The notes: generated from the sequence alone by a model not told the origin. A DNA stretch of 30,883 bases from a virus (IMGVR_UViG_3300005573_000227:1-30883); one strand, 5' to 3'; shown: positions 16,529 to 24,914, counted from the stretch's first letter. Made by a program: numbers and translations.

Positions 16529-17665
16529 CTACTGTATGTCCCTTAGCTTGCCCTGTCCTCTGAGCATTCTTGCAACTGTTTCGCCGAGCATCAAATACAT
16601 TCCTTTTCTTGCGACTTTGTTCACGACAAAGTAGTTGTCAGTTTCGAAATACTGCAAAGGCATCAACAGAGATATACCGAGTCTCGGATATCCGTATCCT
16701 TCTGGATCACTTATGTCAAGTGCATAAATCCATGAGATACCGCCCGTTGTCGAAGGACAGTCCGCAGTCGAAATCAATGGAATTCCATACAGCGATGAGA
16801 TTTGAATACCGGCTTCAATACCTTTTGCTGTCTGCACACCATTGACACCGAACTGCGCAAGCATCTCTTGGATAGGCGCATATCTGACAAACGTCATATA
16901 CATGCCGAGCAGTGTCGAGTATGTGTCTGCACCAGTGACAATCAGTGTAGGGTTCCCACCCCTTATCCTTGTCTGAGCAAGCAAATCTCTTACTAAGTCA
17001 TCGGTTAAGTCTCTTAGCGAAGATGAATCATTAACATATGCATTCGCCCAGTGCGTTGCATCGCTCTTTGTGATGTTGTATAGATTCCATCCGTTCGACG
17101 TCATTCCTTGTTCGTTATATTTCGATGCAATACGATCGAGTGTTTCAAGGTTGTCCCAAGCCGATGCAAGCTCACCGACTTTGTGCATTAGCTGTTGATT
17201 GACTCTCTTTACGACTTCTGTTCCGATTGCGACTTTCATCTGATGTGATGTGCCCCAGATATCGTCTGTTCCAGCAGAAGCAAGTGCTTCAAGAGCCTCA
17301 GGAACTTCGAATGTCTCCCCAATTTGTTTTACACTTGGGGCGACAGTTGCGACCGTTGGGTATACAGCAGATGGAAGGTTGTCACTCGTAGCAAAACCGA
17401 TGTCTTCACTTGCTGATGCGAATGCTGTTTGGACTCTGAAACCGGTGTGCGGCCACGTTGTCTTTGGTAATGCACCGAAAACGTTAGCTTCTTGGTTTAG
17501 TTGTGTCCACATCATCGGGCCATAGATAACATTGTAATAGCTCGACGTCATTGGAACCGAACCAGCAGATTTCAACAGTTGTATCATTCCGTTTGGTATG
17601 TAGAATGGATGACCTTCTTCCATAGCGTAGAACGCTTCTAGGTCTTCTGTTGTTAGATACCTCAT
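16529..17665 (-). CDS. Major capsid protein (HK97 fold, archaeal tailed-virus type)
   Basis: 'IYGPMMWTQLNQEANVFGALPK..W..TGFRV', 'ETLDRI', 'GGNPTLIVTGADT', 'GVNGV...GIEAG..ISSLYGIPLI', 'QGKLRD' resemble, from memory, MCPs of haloarchaeal and marine archaeal tailed viruses. Confidence 0.85.
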   Translation of the reverse strand: MRYLTTEDLEAFYAMEEGHPFYIPNGMIQLLKSAGSVPMTSSYYNVIYGPMMWTQLNQEANVFGALPKTTWPHTGFRVQTAFASASEDIGFATSDNLPSAVYPTVATVAPSVKQIGETFEVPEALEALASAGTDDIWGTSHQMKVAIGTEVVKRVNQQLMHKVGELASAWDNLETLDRIASKYNEQGMTSNGWNLYNITKSDATHWANAYVNDSSSLRDLTDDLVRDLLAQTRIRGGNPTLIVTGADTYSTLLGMYMTFVRYAPIQEMLAQFGVNGVQTAKGIEAGIQISSLYGIPLISTADCPSTTGGISWIYALDISDPEGYGYPRLGISLLMPLQYFETDNYFVVNKVARKGMYLMLGETVARMLRGQGKLRDIQ

Positions 17666-18111
17666 TGTTTCAACCTCTTGGTTATTTCTGACATATCGAC
17701 TTTCCCTTTCAGGATCGTCGAAACAACTTCTCTCGCATTGTTCGTCTTCATTACATTGGGTGTAGTTTCAGTAGGTCTCTCGCCTTTGTAGAGATGTTCC
17801 GCATCAGGCATATTATTTACAGTAACTTTCTCGCCTTCAGCTGGAGTTGCCTTCTTTTCTTTGTTTGCTTTCGCTTCTGCTTGTAGTCCAACAACGATTT
17901 CTTTAATCGTGTTGATTAGATCACTTTTCATTGTAGAAAGCGACTCGACTACGCCTCGCTGTGCTTCAGCACCAGCGGAAATAGCGGAAGCGAGGTCTTT
18001 AACTGCTCCTTGCAACTCTGCTAAGGCTTTGAAAACTGCATCGATTTTCTCATCCATGCTTTGCGGCTCTACAGTTGAGGGCGGTTGAACGTTCTCCTCA
18101 TCGTTTGGCAT
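17662..18111 (-). CDS. Putative scaffolding protein
   Basis: Coiled-coil and low-complexity protein directly upstream of MCP with ATGA overlap; GAGGT SD. Confidence 0.6.
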   Translation of the reverse strand: MPNDEENVQPPSTVEPQSMDEKIDAVFKALAELQGAVKDLASAISAGAEAQRGVVESLSTMKSDLINTIKEIVVGLQAEAKANKEKKATPAEGEKVTVNNMPDAEHLYKGERPTETTPNVMKTNNAREVVSTILKGKVDMSEITKRLKQ

Positions 18112-18204
18112 ACATTTACCTCTATTTAAAATAATATTTATTTTATATTAAAATCTTTCTTTTATCTAATAAACTATATATACATGCATGACTATTTCTG
18201 TATT

Positions 18205-18549
18205 ATGAGTCCGTGGATTAGAAGTCGGTTAGATAAGCCGAAATGGAAAAAAGCCTGTTCTATTTGTGGAGAATTAGTGAATGGCGAATTCTATTTTGAC
18301 GGTAACAAAATAGCTCATGCGGGATGCGTAGAGAAGAGAATGCAAGATTTCATGGATGGGAAAATATCATCCGAAGATATGGACAAACCCGAAACAGAAT
18401 TGAATGAGCAAACCAAAAAAGATGAGACGAAAGACGAGGTCTGCATTTATTTGTCGCAAATCAGAGACGACGTTGAAACCATTTGTGCAAACATAGAAGC
18501 GTTATATAGCTATATAAGAAAAGAAGTCGTTCCATTATTGAAAAAATAG
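18205..18549 (+). CDS. Zinc-finger protein with C-terminal coiled coil
   Basis: CSIC...HAGC; TATA box (18176-18182) about 25 nt before ATG 18205; divergent from the capsid operon. Confidence 0.6.
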   Translation: MSPWIRSRLDKPKWKKACSICGELVNGEFYFDGNKIAHAGCVEKRMQDFMDGKISSEDMDKPETELNEQTKKDETKDEVCIYLSQIRDDVETICANIEALYSYIRKEVVPLLKK

Positions 18550-18574
18550 AAAAAAAGAGTTTTATTGTTTTTAT

Positions 18575-18829
18575 TTATTTTTTTAATCGCATTGCCATTC
18601 CTTTTGCTGCACCATAGATTTTCTGCACAAGAACAGTTATCATCGGAACGCCTAATGGCGCAAGATAGATATCGGTTGGAAGTGCGATTTCGAAACCAGC
18701 CGCAACTGCGAGTGATATGACGAATGTCTTGACAAATTTCTTTACGCTGAACCGTTCACCGCTTTCGATATACCCGAGAATCGAATACACTACAGCTACT
18801 GCGACACCTATTATGATTTGCTCTTCCAT
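18575..18829 (-). CDS. Small 2-3 TM membrane protein (holin-like)
   Basis: Three hydrophobic segments, 'GERFSVKKF' loop, basic C-terminus; own TTAAATA box about 25 nt upstream of ATG 18829. Confidence 0.55.
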   Translation of the reverse strand: MEEQIIIGVAVAVVYSILGYIESGERFSVKKFVKTFVISLAVAAGFEIALPTDIYLAPLGVPMITVLVQKIYGAAKGMAMRLKK

Positions 18830-18865
18830 GATTAGACAAATCATTATATGTATATTTAATGATTA

Positions 18866-19729
18866 CTATCCAAGAAAGTCTTCAATCCTATATCGGTCTT
18901 CTTCTTTAAGCGGAACGCCTCTTTCTGCTTGCGGCAATGTAACTGGTAAGTTATAGAGTTTATTAAATTCTTCCCATAGAAGTGATAAGAACACTTTAAT
19001 CCATTTGCGACGTGCTAAATCAAACACAGTCGGAACGTAACCGTATTTCTTTTTCGCTTCTTCTCTATTTTCTGTTCCGTAGTTCTTAAGAAGATAAGAA
19101 GGATAACGCTTCTCTATTTTCTTATAAATTTCATCATAAACTGCACGTGCCTTGCCTTTCTTCTTTATACATGAAAGAAAAACGTTATACATCAATGCTT
19201 TCTTTTTTCTGCTACCGACAGATTTCTGACCGTGTTTCATTCTTTCTGCTCTTCCGCTTTCATCAACAGAATATCCGAAAAGCTTGTTTAATGCACTACG
19301 TGATTTTGGTGGTGTAAGTTTGCGCATTGTCTCTTTGCCGTTTATATATTCTTTGACTTCTATTCCGGCGTAATATGGTTCGATGTTAGCAATGATTTTA
19401 CCAGCAAGAGTTGTTCCTATCCCTTCTATATTCTTGAAAACTGACCACCATAAAGCATGTTTGAGAACGATATTGCGAATTTGAACCTCAACTTCTACTT
19501 CAAACACTTTTAATCCTAAGATTTTCTTGTCATTAACCTTTAAACCGTCTACAATCGACTCCTCGACAACAATGCCTAACTCACATTTAGATGTGATTTC
19601 GTTCTTTATACTTCTTATTCTGTTTTCGAATGCTATTCTTGACTTAACGAGCGTATCGTATTTTTTTACGAGAGAACATAACGAATTTAGCTCTTCTACT
19701 GTAATACCGCTTGGTAACATGTTAGTCAT
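18866..19729 (-). CDS. IS110/Nop-domain protein lacking RuvC/DEDD domain (TasA-like)
   Basis: Coiled coil 'LVKSRIAFENRIR', HhH-like 'IEGIGTTLAGKIIANI', 'SRSALNKLFGY', 'G..GSRKKKALMY', 'ARAVYD', 'ARRKWIKVFLSLLW'; no N-terminal GIDxxK RuvC strand. Confidence 0.75.
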   Translation of the reverse strand: MTNMLPSGITVEELNSLCSLVKKYDTLVKSRIAFENRIRSIKNEITSKCELGIVVEESIVDGLKVNDKKILGLKVFEVEVEVQIRNIVLKHALWWSVFKNIEGIGTTLAGKIIANIEPYYAGIEVKEYINGKETMRKLTPPKSRSALNKLFGYSVDESGRAERMKHGQKSVGSRKKKALMYNVFLSCIKKKGKARAVYDEIYKKIEKRYPSYLLKNYGTENREEAKKKYGYVPTVFDLARRKWIKVFLSLLWEEFNKLYNLPVTLPQAERGVPLKEEDRYRIEDFLG

Positions 19730-20622
19730 CGAAATAGCTCCTTGATGACTTCAATAAATGCGTATTTCTGTTCATCTAATGTGTTGATTTGATTGCATAT
19801 TTGTTTATCGAAAACGTTTAGCCCAGCGATTGCGTCACCAACGATCCATAATTCATCGAATTTAAACGTTTTAAATACTTTCGCAAAGTGAAGCCAATAA
19901 TCCATTAAACGTCTATTTGCTTTGTTCGTAGGAACGATCCATTCATTACCGTTTATGTCTTTATACTTCTCTGGTGTAATAGCATATTTGCTTCCGACAT
20001 GCAAATCTGCAATCATGCACACTTTGAATATCGACGTCTCAATCAAATCCTTTAGATACGCATCTAAAACAAGCGGTTTTTCACAATCGACGTATTCACT
20101 TGATCCGTCTCCTTCATAGATTTTATCATCGATCTCGACATAAACAAACGGTTTATACAACCACTTCAACAGTTTTATTCGACCGCCTTCTGTAACAAAA
20201 AGGAAATACGCACCGATATCTGGTTGCCAATGTGGAAAGTTAGCACATGCAGACGGATACGGTTGGAAAATTGACCATGCTGGTAAATAAACGATCTTCA
20301 GTTTTCCATCTTCTATTGATCCTCTGCTTGTATGCAAGTGAGCGTATACGCAAACCGATATGTTGCTTGGTAAAGAGCCATCATACATTCGTAACTTGAA
20401 TCGTTCACTGTCTCTCCACGAAGATGAATACGGATTGATTGGATTAGATCGTCTTGTATGCGTTACATAAGCGATTGTTCCATTTTTTAAGTCCTCAAAA
20501 GAATACCAAAATTTGTGTATTGCTGTTATTCCTTCGTTTTTTAATAACGATGTAATATCAGACATTATTTTGCAATCAACACTTGCATGAGCAGTTGTTC
20601 CATCCCATAGTTTCACAATCAT
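19726..20622 (-). CDS. Calcineurin-like metallophosphoesterase, circularly permuted
   Basis: Motif I ADLHVG (D206/H208) and motif II VGDAIAG (D263) are C-terminal. Motif III-like GTTAH (H12), IV YVTH (H55) and V AHLH (H95/H97) are N-terminal. Confidence 0.75.
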   Translation of the reverse strand: MIVKLWDGTTAHASVDCKIMSDITSLLKNEGITAIHKFWYSFEDLKNGTIAYVTHTRRSNPINPYSSSWRDSERFKLRMYDGSLPSNISVCVYAHLHTSRGSIEDGKLKIVYLPAWSIFQPYPSACANFPHWQPDIGAYFLFVTEGGRIKLLKWLYKPFVYVEIDDKIYEGDGSSEYVDCEKPLVLDAYLKDLIETSIFKVCMIADLHVGSKYAITPEKYKDINGNEWIVPTNKANRRLMDYWLHFAKVFKTFKFDELWIVGDAIAGLNVFDKQICNQINTLDEQKYAFIEVIKELFR

Positions 20623-20641
20623 TATAAGCCATTATATGAAT

Positions 20642-20660
20642 AAGTGTATATATATATTTC
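20642..20660 (-). promoter_or_regulatory. TATA-box promoter of the phosphoesterase-Nop operon
   Basis: Minus strand GAAATATATATATACACTT about 25 nt before ATG 20622; TATATACACTT is shared with the promoter at 3952. Confidence 0.6.
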
Positions 20661-20669
20661 GATTTAGAT

Positions 20670-20855
20670 TGCATGTTTAAATCATCAAACTTTTGTGAAT
20701 TTTAGTCAAAAATCCTAGGGTAAATGACTAAAAAACACAAATTTCTAAAAACCTATGAAAATATCGTATTTTAGCTTCGATGTTGATAGGTAAAATGTTT
20801 ATAACATTACTATAATCGTATAATATATTACTAAAAACATGCAATAGAATACGAC
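20670..20855 (-). repeat. Intergenic repeat B, copy 2, with 34-bp imperfect palindrome
   Basis: Reverse-complement match to 10153-10333. TTTTAGTCA (20700-20708) and TGACTAAAA (20725-20733) are symmetric around CCTAGG (20714-20719). Confidence 0.85.
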
Positions 20856-20969
20856 GGTTTAGCGTTTTCATAAGCATATTTGCAAAAAGCGATAGAGATT
20901 TTCCCTCTTCCCGCAGGAAAGAGCATTTTCTTTACACTCGATATTCGTTCGCAGTACCATTGTGGAACA

Positions 20970-21290
20970 TTATAGTTGCGAATCATAGGCGTTCTTTATA
21001 AGATGATAATACTGAGGTTGATCAGAATTAAGAATGAAGTTTAAAACAGCGTTAGTTTTCTTTTCATCAAGTTGCACGTCTATTTCTTTCTCTCTTGAAA
21101 TCTCTTTCTTATACTGCACTAAACCGATTCTAAGCATACGTTCGACGATTTGACTTTTTGGTTCATTACTTTCTTTCGCAATCATCTCGATTTGTGCATT
21201 CAGGTCTTCTGCAATCGTGACTGATAAAACTACTCGATTTCTCTTAAATTCTTCACCGCTCTTATAATTTTTAACATAATATTTCGCCAT
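20970..21290 (-). CDS. Ribbon-helix-helix (CopG/Arc-like) DNA-binding protein
   Basis: 'VVLSVTIAEDLNAQIEMIAKESNEPKSQIVERMLRIGL' is a textbook RHH pattern. Confidence 0.8.
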   Translation of the reverse strand: MAKYYVKNYKSGEEFKRNRVVLSVTIAEDLNAQIEMIAKESNEPKSQIVERMLRIGLVQYKKEISREKEIDVQLDEKKTNAVLNFILNSDQPQYYHLIKNAYDSQL

Positions 21291-21291
21291 A

Positions 21292-22710
21292 CTACAACCT
21301 CACATCAGGCAAGAAATAAAGCACTTCGCCCTTATCAATTTTTGCCATATACGTCGCAAACGCAAGTGCGTCTACAATGTCATCCTTCATCTTTGGGTTT
21401 TTAATAATACGGATTCTTCCGTCTGATTGATATGCGACGTCGAAACTCATAAATTGACTCTTTAGCTTCTCATCTTTTGGCAATAGTATTTTTGCAGTTT
21501 TAATAAGCTCAGATAGTGTTAGGTAAACATCGCTTCTTAGTTTACCGACCATTGTAAGCGGATTGATCATGTCTCCGTATTTCCTCTGTAATAAATCGCA
21601 AATTGCACCGCCTACACCGATCTCATCAACAACGACGTATTTTGGTCTCCATTCTTCTATTTTGTTGCCAACCCATTCGAGCAAATGCGATGTCGGTATC
21701 TGTTCTCTTGTAGAGTAATAAACGAATTCGACAATCGTATCTTCAAATTGAACGCCTTTCGGAACACGAATAACTGCAAAGCATGACTCATCTGTCCCAA
21801 GACGTGCAACATCTAAACCAGCATAATAATCATATCGGTCTCCATCATCTTCTCTACTACTCAACTTCTCTAATACCATTAATTTGTTTACATCAATTTG
21901 TGGAAAGAGACTATCTGATGTGCCTACGAATTCACCATCAAACCAAACTGCAAACTCCTTTTCGCTCATCGTTTTCTTTTGAAACATCATTTCTTGTTCG
22001 TCTAATATGCCTTCTTTGATTGCATCTTTCCAAGTCACTTTAAATTTTTTGAAATCATCAGAATTCCATGCTTCAAACATGAAGTTAATTAAATGTGGCG
22101 TTCCTACTAATACAAGAATTGGTCGTCTCTTGAAAGCACCAGAAGATGCAAGCATCGGTAAAATACGTGTTTTAATGATTTCGTCCGGTATTGCACTTGC
22201 TTCATCAATAATCAACGTTGTAGCACCGGCACCTAATAACGATTCGACACCTGAAGCACTCAAACAACGAATCACACTTCCGTTTTTAAGCCAAATCTCA
22301 TCACGTCTAAACCCTCGTGTAACATCTGCAAATAATCGCAAGTTCTTGTTTGTCATGAAGTAATTCTTTATGCGTTTGAACAATCTTTCTGCTTGTCTGA
22401 ATGTAGGAGCGATTATAACAACTTGTTCCGCATTGTAAACGATAGCCATGAGCGTAGCGAGACAGGCGCATGCTTCTGATTTCCCTACTCTTCTACTTGA
22501 CACCCAAACGAATTTATCATGCGTTCTATGAAGAATTGGTTTAATGAAATCGATTTGATACTGAGTTAATTTAAGCGGTTTACCATTTTCTGATACGAAA
22601 TGCTTCTCTACGAAATCAGGGATATTCTTTAAAATGAGTCTCGACGTGTTATCGATTACGTTGTAATCTTCTTCTTGTTCCGTTACTCCTCTTCCGCTTC
22701 TTTTAGCCAT
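21292..22710 (-). CDS. terL: Terminase large subunit
   Basis: Q motif 'LTQYQ', Walker A 'SRRVGKS', Walker B 'LIIDEAS', coupling motif 'VGTP', RNase H-fold 'GLDVARLGTD', 'VDEIGVG', 'DDIVDALA'. Confidence 0.95.
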   Translation of the reverse strand: MAKRSGRGVTEQEEDYNVIDNTSRLILKNIPDFVEKHFVSENGKPLKLTQYQIDFIKPILHRTHDKFVWVSSRRVGKSEACACLATLMAIVYNAEQVVIIAPTFRQAERLFKRIKNYFMTNKNLRLFADVTRGFRRDEIWLKNGSVIRCLSASGVESLLGAGATTLIIDEASAIPDEIIKTRILPMLASSGAFKRRPILVLVGTPHLINFMFEAWNSDDFKKFKVTWKDAIKEGILDEQEMMFQKKTMSEKEFAVWFDGEFVGTSDSLFPQIDVNKLMVLEKLSSREDDGDRYDYYAGLDVARLGTDESCFAVIRVPKGVQFEDTIVEFVYYSTREQIPTSHLLEWVGNKIEEWRPKYVVVDEIGVGGAICDLLQRKYGDMINPLTMVGKLRSDVYLTLSELIKTAKILLPKDEKLKSQFMSFDVAYQSDGRIRIIKNPKMKDDIVDALAFATYMAKIDKGEVLYFLPDVRL

Positions 22711-22958
22711 TCTTCAAATGCCTCCTCTTTGCTGTCTTCTACTGTCTTTGGTGCTTTTTCACGTTCATCCCTGATGCGCTCCAAGACTTGCAAAGCAAGG
22801 TAATACATCTCACGTATTTCTGGTAACGGAAAGACTTCATCATCATCTTCCTTCTGTTTTAACAACCGTATGCGTTCTTTTATTTCTGCATACAAATTGA
22901 CTTTCTCTTCAAGTGTCGAGAAACCAGTGCGTTTCTCTTCACTCTTTTTTCGTGCCAT
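22683..22958 (-). CDS. Candidate terminase small subunit
   Basis: Helical, charged protein overlapping the terL start; GGAGG SD upstream. Assignment is positional only. Confidence 0.4.
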   Translation of the reverse strand: MARKKSEEKRTGFSTLEEKVNLYAEIKERIRLLKQKEDDDEVFPLPEIREMYYLALQVLERIRDEREKAPKTVEDSKEEAFEEWLKEAEEE

Positions 22959-23487
22959 CGTCATTCCTCCATTCTTTGACAAGATAAATATGAACTTTAG
23001 GTCTTATTTTTATATGAGCGTTTATAAAAATATATAAAGGAAGCAATTTAGATTTTTCTTTATTGACGATTGGGCAACCGTAAACATGCTTTATTATTCT
23101 GCCCCATTCAGGGTTATAGTTCTTGTCTGTGCTTAAGACAATATAAAGCAAATCTTTCCTATCTTTTTCTAATATTGTTTTAATTGTCTCTTTGTCCGTA
23201 TCATTAAGAATGATGATGTCGAAAATTCTGATGCCGTGTTCTCTTATGAAGTTTCGTGGTTCATTGTATGCGGCTATTCCCATGCTATCGTTAAACTTCA
23301 TACATAATCGTATATCTTTGCTAATAACGATATAATCTAATAAAGGGCTAAACTTCTTCTTAAAAGCAAGAAAAAGATAGAAATTGTTTGTTAGGTCTAA
23401 AACGCATAGTCTACGACGGGTATTAACGTCTTCTAAAAGCCTCGTATAAAGCGGTAGAATCAACGGAGACGAGAGATTAACCCTCAT
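22939..23487 (-). CDS. Hypothetical alpha/beta protein
   Basis: 182-aa ORF overlapping both neighbours; no motif confidently recognised. Confidence 0.5.
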   Translation of the reverse strand: MRVNLSSPLILPLYTRLLEDVNTRRRLCVLDLTNNFYLFLAFKKKFSPLLDYIVISKDIRLCMKFNDSMGIAAYNEPRNFIREHGIRIFDIIILNDTDKETIKTILEKDRKDLLYIVLSTDKNYNPEWGRIIKHVYGCPIVNKEKSKLLPLYIFINAHIKIRPKVHIYLVKEWRNDDGTKKE

Positions 23488-24097
23488 GTAATACCTCTAT
23501 AAGGTGTAATGCCGTTTTGTTTCCTAAAATCGATTCTAACGCTTCTAATGAAGTGTTGCAAAGACCTTCGATCGTCTTAAACTCTTTAACTAATATCTCT
23601 GCTTTTTTGCTTCCTATTCCGCTAACTGCAGAGATCATGTCGATTCGCTCTTCTTCTATTGTGCGTTCAGGTTTTCTGATTGTTGGTCTCTTGTATTCGG
23701 TCTTCTTACCGCATTTCTCGTTTATGATTGACATTATCAGTGAAAACTGATTGTAACCGCTTATCGTAACGATTGGGACGCCAAATGATGCGATAGCGAC
23801 TTGATATGAATGCCATTTCTTTAGTGTTAATCGTTTCGTCTTGAACATCTTCCATAATTCACCTTCAATGAGAAGAATAGGTCGATATCCTTCATTTCTT
23901 AACTCTGCTAATACTTTTAGCTGTTCCCATAGCCTACCATCATTAACTGATTTGACCAAATCGTCGAGTGTCTTTCGTTCAATGCAATATTTAGCGACGT
24001 CACCTATGACAAGATAGTCAATCGTTATATTATCGACTTCATCAGCTATTTTTCTGTATTTCTCAGGCTCATTTGCATTCGCTATTATCATATTCAC
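23477..24097 (-). CDS. ERCC4/XPF-family structure-specific nuclease with HhH domain
   Basis: 'IDYLV', 'CIERKTLDDLVKSVNDGRLWEQ', 'LLIEG'; C-terminal 'VSGIGSKKAE' HhH. Short form without a helicase domain. Confidence 0.9.
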   Translation of the reverse strand: MNMIIANANEPEKYRKIADEVDNITIDYLVIGDVAKYCIERKTLDDLVKSVNDGRLWEQLKVLAELRNEGYRPILLIEGELWKMFKTKRLTLKKWHSYQVAIASFGVPIVTISGYNQFSLIMSIINEKCGKKTEYKRPTIRKPERTIEEERIDMISAVSGIGSKKAEILVKEFKTIEGLCNTSLEALESILGNKTALHLIEVLHEG

Positions 24098-24224
24098 TCA
24101 ACTCGATTATTGGGTTTGTCGTATATTTAAAACAGGATTTGCAGTAATATACTTGCACACCTCTTCTTTTGCCGTATTTCACAAGTTTGCCTTTACAATG
24201 TGGGCACATGACCGTAATGATCAC
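24069..24224 (-). CDS. Small zinc-ribbon protein (51 aa; not in ORF track)
   Basis: GTGA overlap with the upstream stop; MIITVMCPHCKGKLVKYGKRRGVQVYYCKSCFKYTTNPIIELSEYDNSECK; similar to 3967-4152. Confidence 0.75.
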   Translation of the reverse strand: MIITVMCPHCKGKLVKYGKRRGVQVYYCKSCFKYTTNPIIELSEYDNSECK

Positions 24225-24655
24225 CTAATCTTCTTTGCTTCTTCTACGACGAATGAGAATGCGTCACGTCTCTTCTTTAAAACGCCAGAAACAGTGCATT
24301 CGTCTCCTAATTTAACATCGATATCTGAAAACGCTACGCACTCTAATAGTTGTGATGCGTCACCCAATGTAAACTTTGTTATCGTGTATTGAACCTTTTC
24401 TCCACCGTGTGTTTTGCAATCTTTCTTTTTACATACTTTGCAACCCATATACCCGTCTTTCTTGATGCGAACGATCGCACCAACTGTCGTTACGAATTTG
24501 CCTTCTTCGATTTCTTCGATTGGCGTTATGTAATGTCCGTCTGCATTCTCCGAAAGATATAAAAGTCTGAAAAGATCGATGTTCTTACCGTATTTCTGAA
24601 ATAAATCGGGATGTTTATTTTTCGCCCATTCGATTACTTCACTATCTGATTTCAT
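24221..24655 (-). CDS. RPA-like OB-fold ssDNA-binding protein with Zn finger
   Basis: 'FVTTVGAIV', 'YMGCKVCKKKDCKTH', 'FTLGDASQLLECVAF', 'LGDECTVSG' resemble the RPA Zn-containing OB domain. Confidence 0.7.
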   Translation of the reverse strand: MKSDSEVIEWAKNKHPDLFQKYGKNIDLFRLLYLSENADGHYITPIEEIEEGKFVTTVGAIVRIKKDGYMGCKVCKKKDCKTHGGEKVQYTITKFTLGDASQLLECVAFSDIDVKLGDECTVSGVLKKRRDAFSFVVEEAKKIR

Positions 24656-24659
24656 TCAT

Positions 24660-24914
24660 TCACCCACTTTTTGTATATGTATTTGCTAACGTTCCCTTTT
24701 CGATTAACTTCTTTGCTTCTGACTTAAGAAGTTCGGATAGCGATAGCATTTCACCGACGGTTAGATTGAAAACGATTCGCTTGTCTCTTCCTTCACTTGC
24801 CGCTATAACAATACTTGTTGTGTCGTTATCTATCACTTCCGAAACTTCTATTCGCTTTGGCTCTTTCCCTTCTGGGAACCTCGCAAAAGACAACACTCTT
24901 TTCCATTCAGCCAT
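24660..24914 (-). CDS. Small hypothetical protein, possibly PC4/whirly-like ssDNA binder
   Basis: Beta-beta-beta-helix pattern ending 'IVFNLTVGEMLSLSELL'; lies between primase and RPA-like genes. Confidence 0.4.
   Translation of the reverse strand: MAEWKRVLSFARFPEGKEPKRIEVSEVIDNDTTSIVIAASEGRDKRIVFNLTVGEMLSLSELLKSEAKKLIEKGTLANTYTKSG

Noticed and set aside
18866-19729. Active IS110 insertion sequence
   Set aside because: No N-terminal DEDD/RuvC domain. The gene is translationally coupled to a viral gene and has no room for IS ends.
20830-20990. Small minus-strand ORF (about 50 aa) after the RHH gene
   Set aside because: Short open frames exist but none has a recognisable motif or clear start signal, and they overlap repeat B.
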